The notes beneath the pieces are model-generated. The model was not told the DNA's origin. It saw nothing but the letters and a program-made list of their open reading frames with translations, and did not search any database. A stretch of 64,000 bases of DNA, from the NCBI GenBank assembly GCA_022844275.1, contig JALHMB010000012.1:13691-77690 (forward strand). The letters run 5' to 3'. Made by a program: the position numbers and the translations under genes. Shown in pieces: positions 54,965-64,000 of the stretch (positions are counted from its first letter, which is position 1; every line of letters starts with the position of its first letter). This DNA comes from Hyphomicrobiaceae bacterium (GTDB lineage Bacteria; Pseudomonadota; Alphaproteobacteria; Rhizobiales; Hyphomicrobiaceae).

Positions 54965-56957
54965 ATGGTTATGATCTCGGCTGATTGGAGTATAATGGAC
55001 GATCAAAACGCCGAGCGGATCAGTATACCCCTCAGCGCGCTGAACCTTTTAGGCATCGTGGTGGGCTTCTGCGCGCCTCTCATAGGGTTAGATGCGCTTG
55101 GCGCATGGGGATTTGGTCTAGTGTTTCTCGCGGGCGGGCTGCCGGCGAGCTGCCGCGCGGTGGCCGAACTCTTCCGCGAACGCTCCATCGATATCGATCT
55201 GCTCATGGTCATCGCGGCATTGGCTGCGGCCGCCGTGGGCGCTCCGGCCGAGGGCGCGGTGTTGCTGTTCCTATTTAGCCTTTCCACGACACTTGAAACT
55301 CTCGCCATGGGACGTGCGCGGCGTGAGGTTGAGGCGCTCATGGCGCTTCGACCTGAGACTGCGCTGCGGAAGAACGCCCTCGGAGACGTCGAAGAAGTTG
55401 ATCTCTCGCGGCTTGCTGTCGGGTGACATCTTGGGGTTTCGTCCGGCCGCCAAAATCCCTGTCGATGGCTTCATCCTCAAAGGTGACGGACATCTCGATG
55501 AGTCGACGGTGACGGGAGAGTCGATGCCTGTCCGCAAGGCATCAGGAGCGAGAGTTTTCGAGGCCACGGTCAACCAAAGTTCCATCCTTGAGATGCGCGT
55601 CACCGCCACGGCGAGTGACAGCACCGTGGCGCGCATGATCAGATTGGTTACGGAAGCCCATGCCGCGCGCGCTCCCTCAGAGCGCTTCAGTGCGTGGTTT
55701 GGCCAGAGATACACCATCGCCGTTCTCGCCGGCTCTGCCTTGATCCTTGGCACGTTGTTGTGGCTCGGCCGCGAATGGAATGATGCCCTTTATAGGGCAG
55801 CAGTGGTCCTGGTCGCCGCAAGCCCATGTGCCATCGTCATCAGCGTGCCGGCCGCAATTCTTTCGGCGTTGTCGGCGGCGGCACGTGGCGGTGTTCTCTT
55901 TAAGGGAGGTGCTGCGCTCGAGACATTCGGGGCGGTGACGCAGTTCGCTTTTGACAAGACCGGAACATTGACCACAGGCCGTGCCGAGGTCATGGCTGTT
56001 GTGTCGCCGGGCATGTCCGAGGACGATTTCCTCCGTCTCCTTGCGGGCCTCGAGGCGCACTCTGAGCACAGCATTGCCGCCGCCATCCGCCGCGTCGCTG
56101 AAGGGCGGGGACTATCTCCCTTATCGGTGGTCAGATGTTGTCGCCCATCCCAGTGAGGGCATTACTGGAGTGGATGCGACCGGTGAGGTCTGGGCCGGCA
56201 ATCCTCGCATGGCGGCGCGCATGGGCGCCAAGCTTACCGACGCCGTGTTTGAGAGGCTTGTCCAAGAGGCCCAGACGGTCATTTGGCTGGGGCGGGGACC
56301 TTATGTTCTGGGGGCGGTTGCAGTGGCAGATGGCTTGCGGCCGACCTCGCCGGCAGCCCTCGATGCGCTTCGTAAGGGGGGATTGCGCGCATTGTGCTCA
56401 TGACGGGTGATCGCCGACCGGTCGCCGAGCGCATCGGCGCTGAACTTGGCCTCTCCAAGTCCGACATTCATGCGGAACTGTTGCCTCAGGACAAGGTACG
56501 CCTCGTGGAGCAGATGGCCAAAGCCGGCAAGGTGGCCTTCGTAGGGCATGGCGTGAATGATGCGGCGGCCCTGGCTCGGGCCGACGTGGGGATAGCCATG
56601 GGCGCGGCGGGCAGCGAGGTCGCGCTACAGGCCGCTGACGTGGCGCTCCTATCGGAGGACATGGCACGCCTCGCCGCCGCTCACAGGCTCGCACGGCGGA
56701 CAGGGCAGATAGTACGTCAGAATCTCACGTTTGCGATGATCGCGATGGTCGTACTCGTATCGGGAGCGCTCTTCTTCGACCTGCCATTGCCGCTCGCCGT
56801 CGTGGGCTACGAGGGCGGCACTGTCCTCGTGGTGCTGAACGGTCTCCGACTACTGTTTGATCCCATTCGTTCAGACGCTCACTCATCTTTGCTCAGCATT
56901 TTGGGCGTCACTCCGAATAGTTGGAAAATCGATCACTTTGCGCCGGACGAGGCGTGA
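54965..56957 (+). pseudogene. P1B-4-like heavy-metal P-type ATPase, paralog copy 3, at least three frameshifts
   Basis: Four ORF pieces in different frames together align with 24082..26049: 54965-55426, 55293-56156, about 56130-56400 and 56394-56957. DKTGTLT, SPC and the GVNDAAALARADVGIAMG motif are all still readable, as is YEGGT in place of HEGGT. Confidence 0.85.
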
Positions 56958-57020
56958 TTGAGACGTATGCTCCCAGCGATGCCGCGCTGGGGTTTTCCCG
57001 TACGTCGTGGCTATTCAGGG

Positions 57021-58253
57021 TCAGCGAGCGGTCTGAACGGTCACGACCACTGCGACTCCGTCACCCACCCGGTCGCTCGGATGCATGATGACGTGCAGGC
57101 CCGCCTTCAGGCCGCTCCGCACTTCGGCGAACGTGGCATTTCTCTCGCCGATCTCGATGTTGGCGACGCGCGCGCGCCCGTGGTCAGCGACGAAGACGGC
57201 CCACGTATCGCCTTTGCGGAACAGCGCGCTAACCGGTACGCGCAGGACATCAGAGGACGCGTAGGTGCTGATCCGAGCGAAGACGCGGTAGTCGTGCCCG
57301 AGGCGCTCGGGCGCCCGCTCGCCATCAGCCAGGTCGAGGATCAGCCGGACGCGCTGCTCCTCGATGCCGAGGGCGGACACTTTGGTGAAACCCGATGGCT
57401 CGACGCGACGGACATGCGCCTTGAGCGGTGCGCCACCGCCCCACGCTTCGATCACTGCATCTGATCCTTCGAGCACGCGGACAGCTTCTGCCGAAAGCAG
57501 TTCTACGACGATCTCGATATCGGACGGATCGCCGATCTCTACCAGCGGCGATCCGGCCAGCACCACCCTCTCGCTCTCCTGGATCAGTTTGAGAATGCGT
57601 CCACTCTCTGGCGTGATGACGCGCACGCAGCAACTCGCGGGCACCCGCGCGGCGTAAGCGTCGTCCGGAGGCAGGAGCCGCGCTTCAGCGCTTTGGAGCT
57701 CTCGCTTGCGCATCTCCTCGTTGGCTTGCGCCCGCGCGACCGCCGCATTGCGCATATCAACATCGATGCGCGCCTTCTCGAGCGCACGCTCAGAAATGGC
57801 CTGCGTGTGCTGCAGGGTCTCAGCGCGCGACAGCTCGGACTCAGCGAACTGCAGATCCGTGCGCGCGGCGCGGACCTCGGCTTCGGCGAGAACGACGAAA
57901 GCCTTGGCCGCTGCAACTTGTGCGGTCTGCTCGCGTATCGTGCGGACATCGAGCAGCGGTGGCGTGGAGGGCTCAATGATAGCAACTACGGTCTTGTCTT
58001 TCGTTACTGTGTCGCCCGCCTGCAACGATAGTCGCTGCAACTTGCCTGTAATCGGGGCAGAGACGGCATATACATGCCGGATGCGCGTCTTGCCTTCTTC
58101 GTCGACCGTGACCGTAAGGGGCCCGCGCGAGACGGCGGCCACATCGACAGGTATCGGCTTTGGCCAAAGTGCCCAAGCGAAGCCAGACGCCACGAACAGT
58201 GCCAGTAGCGCGAGCAGCGCCCGCTTCACGTTGATGTTGGCCAGAACTGACAT
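57021..58253 (-). CDS. HlyD-family periplasmic adaptor (membrane fusion protein)
   Basis: It has a signal anchor ALLALLALFVASGFAWALW, a coiled-coil hairpin region and a beta-barrel C-terminus. I prefer the ATG at 58253; a TTG at 58286 overlapping the permease stop is the alternative. Confidence 0.85.
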   Translation of the reverse strand: MSVLANINVKRALLALLALFVASGFAWALWPKPIPVDVAAVSRGPLTVTVDEEGKTRIRHVYAVSAPITGKLQRLSLQAGDTVTKDKTVVAIIEPSTPPLLDVRTIREQTAQVAAAKAFVVLAEAEVRAARTDLQFAESELSRAETLQHTQAISERALEKARIDVDMRNAAVARAQANEEMRKRELQSAEARLLPPDDAYAARVPASCCVRVITPESGRILKLIQESERVVLAGSPLVEIGDPSDIEIVVELLSAEAVRVLEGSDAVIEAWGGGAPLKAHVRRVEPSGFTKVSALGIEEQRVRLILDLADGERAPERLGHDYRVFARISTYASSDVLRVPVSALFRKGDTWAVFVADHGRARVANIEIGERNATFAEVRSGLKAGLHVIMHPSDRVGDGVAVVVTVQTAR

Positions 58254-58282
58254 TCTCGCTACCTCTCGCACGTCGAGGATCT

Positions 58283-60395
58283 TCAATCGCGTGTCTTCAA
58301 AACCGAGATCAGGTCAAGTCGGTTCACGCGCCGGCGCACGATCAGGGCGGAGGCCAATGTTGCGGCAATAACCACAAGGCTCGCCTTGGCATAGGTCGCG
58401 CGCTCGATCGTGAAGGGTACGCGGTAGAGATCGCTGGAGAAGGCCTGAATGAGCAGCCATCCGAAGCCGTACCCTATGAGCCAGCCGAGCGGAACAGCGA
58501 TCATCAGCACGAGCACCAGCTCCGTGAGTAGTACCCGCGACACCTCATTGCGTGTGAATCCAAGCACGCGCAGGCTGGCGATCTCGCGTGCGTGCTCGGA
58601 CAGCTGGATGCGCGTGCTGTTGTAAACGACGCCGAACGCAATGATAGTGGCAAGCGTGACATAGACCGTGACCATGTAGTTGATGTTCTGCTCGATAGTC
58701 GCGCGAAAGCGGCTGATGGAGCGTTTCTGGAGACTGATTGAGGTGAACGCAGGCGTGGACTTTATTTCGGCGAAGAGCGCTGCTTCCTGCCGTGGATCAT
58801 ACGCTAAGTGGGCGGCGCTAATGCGTGGTCCTTCGTCAAGCAGGTCTGCGAGCGCGTCCAGGTCCATGTACGCGGAAAGGCCCAGATAGCTCGTCACGAC
58901 ATTCGCGACCCGGATCCGGCGCTGCACCCGCTGGCCCTCCAAGACCTCGACGTGGACCATGTCGCCGGGCTTCAGTCGCAACAGCTCGGCGACGCGCTCA
59001 TCGACGACGATGCCGTGGCTCGGCAGCTCGATGGAGGACAGATTGGCATCCAGAACGCGTGAGAGGTCCATATTGACGGGCTTGCCGATGATCGAGAGCT
59101 TGCGCACGTAATGCTCGTTCCGGAGGCGTACGGCGACTGTCCGCAGGGGCTCGACGCGCATCACGCCTGGGAGCCGCCGCACGGCATCGATTGCACGTAT
59201 ATGGGCGACCTCGTTGAAGCCGATCGTCGCGTGCTGGCGATCGGTCTTGTAAAAGGCCACGTCGATCATCTCCTCCACCGAGTCGAAGGAGAGGAGCGCC
59301 GTGACAAGCAGCGCAATGCCGAGTGCAATGCCGAGCGTCGTGACGGCGCTGCGCATGGGCCATCGTGCCATATGGCGGAGCGACATGATCGTCATTTGTG
59401 ACAACGGCAGGCGTGTGTGAATGAGTGATGCCAGGCCGCGATTGTAGCGCGGCGGGGCGGGCGGCTGCATGGCCACTGCTGGTGCGAGACGCAGGATTTG
59501 CATGACTGCACGCACCGCTCCCGTGACAGCGGCGGTCGCTGAGACAACGCCGGCGATGACGTAGGTGCTGGCGTCGTTCCTGAAGATCAGGAACGGAAAG
59601 TGAAAGAACTCGGCATATAGACGCGTCATACCTTGTCCGAGCCACGCTCCCATGGCGAAGCCGATGGCGATGCCGATCGCCGCAATGACGAGCACGAACT
59701 TGACGTAGTGAATCGCGATCGGTAGCGGGCCATATCCGATGGCCTTGAGCAGGCCGACCTGCTCGCGTTCGAGCGCTATCACGCGCGTTAGGATCATATT
59801 GATGAGGAAGGCCGAAACCAGCAGGAATATTGGCGGTATGACGCGGCGCATGGCGTCAAGCTGGGTCAGCTCCGCGTTCAGAAAAGCATGGGAGAATTGG
59901 TCCTTGCGCGTGTACGCGCCAGTACCGCCATAGCGGGCCAGGATGGCGTCGAGCCGCTCGATCACGCGGTCGGCGCGCGCATCACGCAGAAGCCGGATGC
60001 TAACTGCATTGAAGGCTCCCTCCAGATCGAAGAGCCCGGCTAACACACGCTCGGACATCCAGATCACCGCAAATCGGCGATCATCCGGTACGAGATCACC
60101 GGGGCCGATTGCGTAGATGAACTCGGGAGAGAGCGCGACGCCGACGATCTTGAGCGTGCGCTGCTTGCCGTTAAGCAGCGCCTTGAACGTGTCTCCTGGT
60201 CGGAGCCTGTTCGCCTTGGCGAACGGCTCGTTGATGACGGCCTCGTCCGCTTGGTCGAAGTCCGGCAATCGCCCAGCCCGAAGATGAAGCTTGTTCTGCT
60301 CTGACGTCTACTTCGGTAGAGGCCAGCGCATCCTCGAACGGCGAAAGCACATCAAGCGCCGTACCATCGAGCAACGTCGCCGACAGCACCTCACC
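58283..60395 (-). pseudogene. FtsX/MacB-type ABC exporter permease, 5'-truncated and frameshifted
   Basis: The body is intact (two FtsX-type TM bundles). The N-terminal periplasmic segment LDGTALDVLSPFEDALASTEVDV is in another frame, with a 1-nt indel near 60302. No TM1 or start codon lies upstream, and no ABC ATPase gene precedes it. Confidence 0.7.
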
Positions 60396-60650
60396 GCAGC
60401 AGCATGACCTTCAACCAGATGGGCCGAAACCTCTCTTAGTTCAGCCGCTCAAATGTCCCGAAAACCCTGACGACGGACACCTCAGTCGGGCCAAAGTTAA
60501 TACCATGTTGTGCACACGACAATTCTTTCTACGGACACATACGGTCGCGGTTTTTTAGCCCCGGGCTCCTGAGCTCGGGATACTCTGTGTGTTGCCCTCA
60601 CATCCACCTCAGGTTTGACCGACTGGCGAGTGCTTCGCCAGAGGAGATAA

Positions 60651-61135
60651 CATGAAAACTACTCGGAAAGATCGGCCCTTGCCCCAGTATTGTTGTTGGC
60701 AGGGATGACCATAAGCGCATCAGCAACCTCGCGATGGTCGTTGAGAATACGGCTCCCGAAGTCGCGGGCGTGCTCTTAAATGAAATGGACAGAGCGCGGG
60801 TGGTCGCGATCGTCGCGGTCACGACCGTGCAGATGGGCTCGACAGTTGAATTCCGCACAAGCAGCGGTCAAGAGCGCAAGGTTATGCTTGTCTATCCGGG
60901 CGAGGCCGACATTGCACAGAACAAGGTCTCGATTTTGACGCCTGTTGGCGCAGCGCTCATTGGCCTCTCAGCAGGACAGTCCTTCACATGGGTGGACCGC
61001 GAGGGCCATCAGAAAACGCTGACGGTGCTGAGCGTGAAGCCTCCTGCCACGCCGTGCGAAGATCTACATACAGCAAGCTTAGAGGCGGTTCGATTGCGGC
61101 ATAGAGGATGCACGATAAAATTGCCTTCCCTTTGA
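60651..61135 (+). pseudogene. Nucleoside diphosphate kinase regulator (Rnk, GreA C-terminal-like), with a 5' frameshift
   Basis: ATG at 60651 gives MKTTRKDRPLP, then hits a stop. The Rnk body SIVVGRDDHKRISNLAMVVENTAPEVAGVLLNEMDRA...ILTPVGAALIGLSAGQSF is in the next frame. Removing one C from the CCCC run would restore it. Confidence 0.7.
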
Positions 61136-61788
61136 AGCTCGTCAGGATCGGTGCTGTTGTCCGGTGCGACGACCGAAAGCAGCAGCCCGATACTCGCGTG
61201 TTGCGAACGTGCTCATGTGGAGCTGGATGTGTGGGCTACCCGGTTGGTGCAGGGACCTATGAATTATCAGGGCTAGCAGGCTGGGCGCATATGCGTACCG
61301 TTGGGTATGGACAGAACCAGAATAGAAGAGGATCTTCGGACTGCAATGTCTCAGCTGTTAGCCGCGGCGGCTGCTTGCGATGCTGAGGATTGGGCAGCCG
61401 TCACGGCGAATGTTCGAGGAACGATCGACCACTGCTTAAGCATTATCGCCAAGTTAAACGGCGAGACAGGTGGTCAGAAGGGGTCAATAGACGAGTCTTG
61501 ACAGCGCCGGCCCCTTTCGGTCGTGGTCGTGCTTTTCCTGAGTGCGTTAGCATCTGTGGTCCGTATGACGCGGCTGATATGCCAAGCCTCGCCCGCAGTC
61601 AGGAAAACATGGCAGACTGAGACCGCGTCTCGCCGTCGGAGGTCTTCGGCTGCGGTTGGCTGTCCTTCGGACCAACACCGTAAAAGCCGGAGCAATACTC
61701 CCTCACAGAAGCGGCTGATTTGTTTGGCCGCGCCGGACTAAAGTGCGGCAGATGGAGCCCTGCGCCTGCGTCGGCGCGAGGGCGGGAG

Positions 61789-62437
61789 ATGAAGCAGGTG
61801 GAGACTTACGCGGGGGTCCGGCACGCGGTCCTGATCGAGGTGATCAGCGAACGGGTGGCGGCGGAATGGTTCGGCATCAATGCCAGGACGGTGTCCAAGA
61901 TGCTGCGGTTCTCTGTGCCACCTTGGCACGTTCGCACGAATCCGCCGTTCCGGCCCAAGCTGGGCGCTTTCATGGGGATCATCGATGCGATCCTGGCGGC
62001 GGACAAAGAGCGACCGAAAAAGCAGCGTCACACAGCCAAGCGAGCGACTACGCGACGAGCACGGCTTCCCGGAGCAAGGTCACGATCGTGAAAGACTACG
62101 TATCGGGCTGTCGTCAGCGATGTTCGTGCCGCTCCTGCATTCCCCGGGCCATGCTCAGGTGGACTTTGGATCGGCGTGATCGGCGGCGTTGAGCGCAAGA
62201 TTCATTTTCAGGCGATGGATCTGCCACTCCGACGCGATATTCGTGGTGGGCTACCCGGCCGAGACGACGTAAGCGTTTTGCGACGGCCACGTCGACCGGC
62301 TTACCCACCACGTCCACATCCTCGAGATGAACGGCGAAAGCTATCGTCTCAGGGACGCTCGCAACCGTCAGCACAAAGCTGCCAAGGCAACCGCCGGGCA
62401 GTCCGATCCCGACACCGGCGAGATCACGGCGCCATAG
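61789..62437 (+). mobile_element. IS21-family remnant: frameshifted istA 5' part fused to the last codons of istB
   Basis: IstA-like pieces sit in four frames (FGINARTVSKML, KKQRHTAKR, ERLRDEHGF, TIVKDYV, MFVPLLHSPGHAQVDFG, VIGGVERKIHF, YPAETT). These are followed by an IstB-type tail HHVHILEMNGESYRLRDA. Confidence 0.7.
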
Positions 62438-62480
62438 CTTCCCGTTCCGCTTCTCACCTCACCGCCAGCGAAGACGCGAA

Positions 62481-62516
62481 AAGCACGAAGGCCCCCTCGA
62501 GGGGGCCTTCGTGCTT
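62481..62516 (-). terminator. Perfect 16-bp GC-rich hairpin, probable terminator of yqjG
   Basis: AAGCACGAAGGCCCCC-TCGA-GGGGGCCTTCGTGCTT. On the minus strand it is followed by TTTTCG. It lies about 135 nt downstream of the yqjG stop. Confidence 0.45.
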
Positions 62517-62652
62517 CATCCGCCGCTACCGTCAATGGCTCCCAATCCCGACGCCGTCCTGGCTCCCTTTTGCGCCGCCGTTGACACAACGGCATTGCAT
62601 TTAGCGAACAACTCTTCGAGAGCATCTGCTACACCATTCAAGGGGCAAGCCG

Positions 62653-63624
62653 TTAGCCGCGCCCGTGCGGAAGGGTAAGATCCATCGCGGGACCAACAGG
62701 AACGATGCCGGTCGGATTGATAGTGCGGTGGCTCTGATAGTAGTGGCTCTTGATGTGCTGCATGTTGACGGTCTCGGCGACGCCCGACACCTGATAGAGG
62801 TCCCGCAGGTAGCCGGACAGGTTCGGATAGTCGGCAATCCGGCGCAGGTTGCATTTGAAGTGGCCCACGTAGACCGGGTCGAACCGCACCAGGGTCGTGA
62901 ACAGTCGCCAATCCGCTTCGGTCAGGCGATCTCCCAACAGATAGCGGTGCGTGCGAAGGTGCTCATCGAGGACATCCAGCGTCGTGAACAGCTCGGTGAA
63001 GGCGACTTCATAGGCCTCCTGAGCGGTGGCGAAACCCGCCTTGTACACGCCGTTATTCACGGTGTCGTAGATGCGGACGTTCCAGGTATCAATCTGCTGC
63101 CGCAGATCTTCCGGATAAAAGTCGTGCGGCGCCGCGCCGCGATCGTCGAAGGCCGAGTTGGACATTCGGATGATCTCGGACGACTCGTTGTTCACGATGC
63201 TCCCGGTCGCCTTGTCCCAGAGCACCGGCACTGTGACACGGCCGGTGTAATCGGATTGGGCCTTGGTGTAGACCTCATACAGGAAGCCTGCGCCGTGGAT
63301 TGGATCCAGCAGGCACCCTGGGCCCTCCTCGAAGCTCCAGCCACTCTCCAGCATGAGCCAGTGCACAACCGAGACGCTGATCGTGTCCTCGAGCCCTTTG
63401 AGCTTGCGGAAGATGAGGGTCCGATGCGCCCAGGGACAGGCGAGTGAGACGTAGAGGTGGTAGCGGTCGGGTTCCGCCTTGAACCCGCCCGTACCGCTCG
63501 GGCCCGGAGAACCATCGGGCGTGACCCAGTTCCGGAACCCAGAGTCCTTGCGCACGAAGCGCCCACCGGTGCTCTTGGTGTCGCACCACTGATCCTGCCA
63601 GCGACCGTCGACAAGCAGTCCCAT
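62653..63624 (-). CDS. yqjG: Glutathionyl-hydroquinone reductase (Xi/omega-like GST, YqjG/ECM4 family)
   Basis: AAGGAGG lies upstream of the ATG at 63624. It carries MGLLVDGRWQDQW, FRNWVTPDG, RYHLYVSLACPWAHRTLIFRKLKGLE. Confidence 0.9.
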   Translation of the reverse strand: MGLLVDGRWQDQWCDTKSTGGRFVRKDSGFRNWVTPDGSPGPSGTGGFKAEPDRYHLYVSLACPWAHRTLIFRKLKGLEDTISVSVVHWLMLESGWSFEEGPGCLLDPIHGAGFLYEVYTKAQSDYTGRVTVPVLWDKATGSIVNNESSEIIRMSNSAFDDRGAAPHDFYPEDLRQQIDTWNVRIYDTVNNGVYKAGFATAQEAYEVAFTELFTTLDVLDEHLRTHRYLLGDRLTEADWRLFTTLVRFDPVYVGHFKCNLRRIADYPNLSGYLRDLYQVSGVAETVNMQHIKSHYYQSHRTINPTGIVPVGPAMDLTLPHGRG

Positions 63625-63739
63625 GATGCTCTCCTCCTTGGGGTGTTCCCGCCTCGGCACTCAGCGCGGCTTCAGGCCGGCTTCGATCTCGCGGTGGCTG
63701 CTTCCAGGAACGGCAAGGCGTGGCAGCCGACGGTTGCCG

Positions 63740-64000
63740 TCAATCGTCCGAATAACGCTGCTGGAGCCACGGATCCGCGCGATTGTGATAGCCGTTGACT
63801 TCCCAGAAGCCAGGCGCGTCGCGCGTCAGGAACTCGATGCGCTTGAGCCACTTTGCACTCTTCCAGAAATAGAGATGCGGCACCACGAGGCGGAGTGGGC
63901 CGCCATGTGCGCGTGTTAGCGGCTCGCCTGCCCAACTGTGGGCGAGAATGGCGTGTGGGGACGCGAAGTCATCGAGCGTGATGTTGGTCGTGTAGCCGTC
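63740..64000 (-). CDS. Molybdopterin-dependent (sulfite-oxidase-fold) oxidoreductase, C-terminal 86 codons only
   Basis: The translation from the window edge reads DGYTTNITLDDF...HGGPLRLVVPHLYFWKSAKWLKRIEFLTRDAPGFWEVNGYHNRADPW. The 5' part lies outside the window. Confidence 0.7.
   Translation of the reverse strand, partial: DGYTTNITLDDFASPHAILAHSWAGEPLTRAHGGPLRLVVPHLYFWKSAKWLKRIEFLTRDAPGFWEVNGYHNRADPWLQQRYSDD

Noticed and set aside
61301-61501. 66-aa ORF (MGMDRTRIEEDLRTAMSQLL...) in a lower-GC patch between rnk and the IS21 remnant.
   Set aside because: It has no motif, poor codon bias for this genome and no clear RBS. It is kept only as a note.

Overview
This is a high-GC alphaproteobacterial accessory region. 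A Hyphomicrobiales/Bradyrhizobiaceae-like origin is inferred from a GTTC-N7-GTTC SOS box, an HWE-type kinase, an NsrR/NnrS module and FixK/FNR-type boxes. No database search was possible, so all product calls rest on motifs I recognise in the translations.

The window reads as a stress, metal and low-oxygen island in an advanced state of decay.

**Intact genes**
- Envelope and stress: mscL, an L,D-transpeptidase, an FMN reductase, a universal stress protein, a phasin, an SDR.
- Sensing and regulation: a PAS-HWE kinase, a hybrid histidine kinase, two small HTH regulators, an H-NS-like protein.
- DNA damage: umuDC behind an alpha-type SOS box.
- Transport: a SulP transporter, one P1B-4-like metal ATPase, an APC permease, a large P2-type cation ATPase, a DASS symporter.
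- NO response: nsrR facing a membrane protein, fdxA and nnrS.
- Carbohydrate: a five-gene plus-strand operon (CBS/BON protein, glk, pfkB-family kinase, TreT-like GT4 glycosyltransferase, GalT-family transferase) convergent with ppsA.
- Other: a translationally coupled APH/P-loop kinase and Pat-like acetyltransferase pair, a HlyD adaptor, yqjG, and a partial molybdopterin oxidoreductase at the window end.

**Mobile DNA**
- An IS407-group IS3 element with visible inverted repeats and a CCGT target duplication, but a frameshifted orfA.
- Two inverted copies of another IS3-family element (1282 bp each). One is split by a 1313-bp IS110-family insertion.
- A decayed IS3-type transposase fragment.
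- An internally deleted IS21 remnant.

**Decay.** At least 13 loci are inactivated, by frameshifts, by one in-frame TGA, or by large internal deletions that fuse unrelated gene halves.

**Most unusual observations**
- Two paralogous ~30-codon hydrophobic peptide ORFs that are invisible in the 60-aa ORF track.
- Three paralogs of the P1B-4-like ATPase, of which only one is intact.
- A duplicated ATPase plus permease module in which both genes of one copy are dead.
- Repeated in-frame deletion chimeras.
- Exact FixK/FNR-type boxes in front of the stress genes.

I found no CRISPR array, tRNA, rRNA or recognisable phage-defence system.
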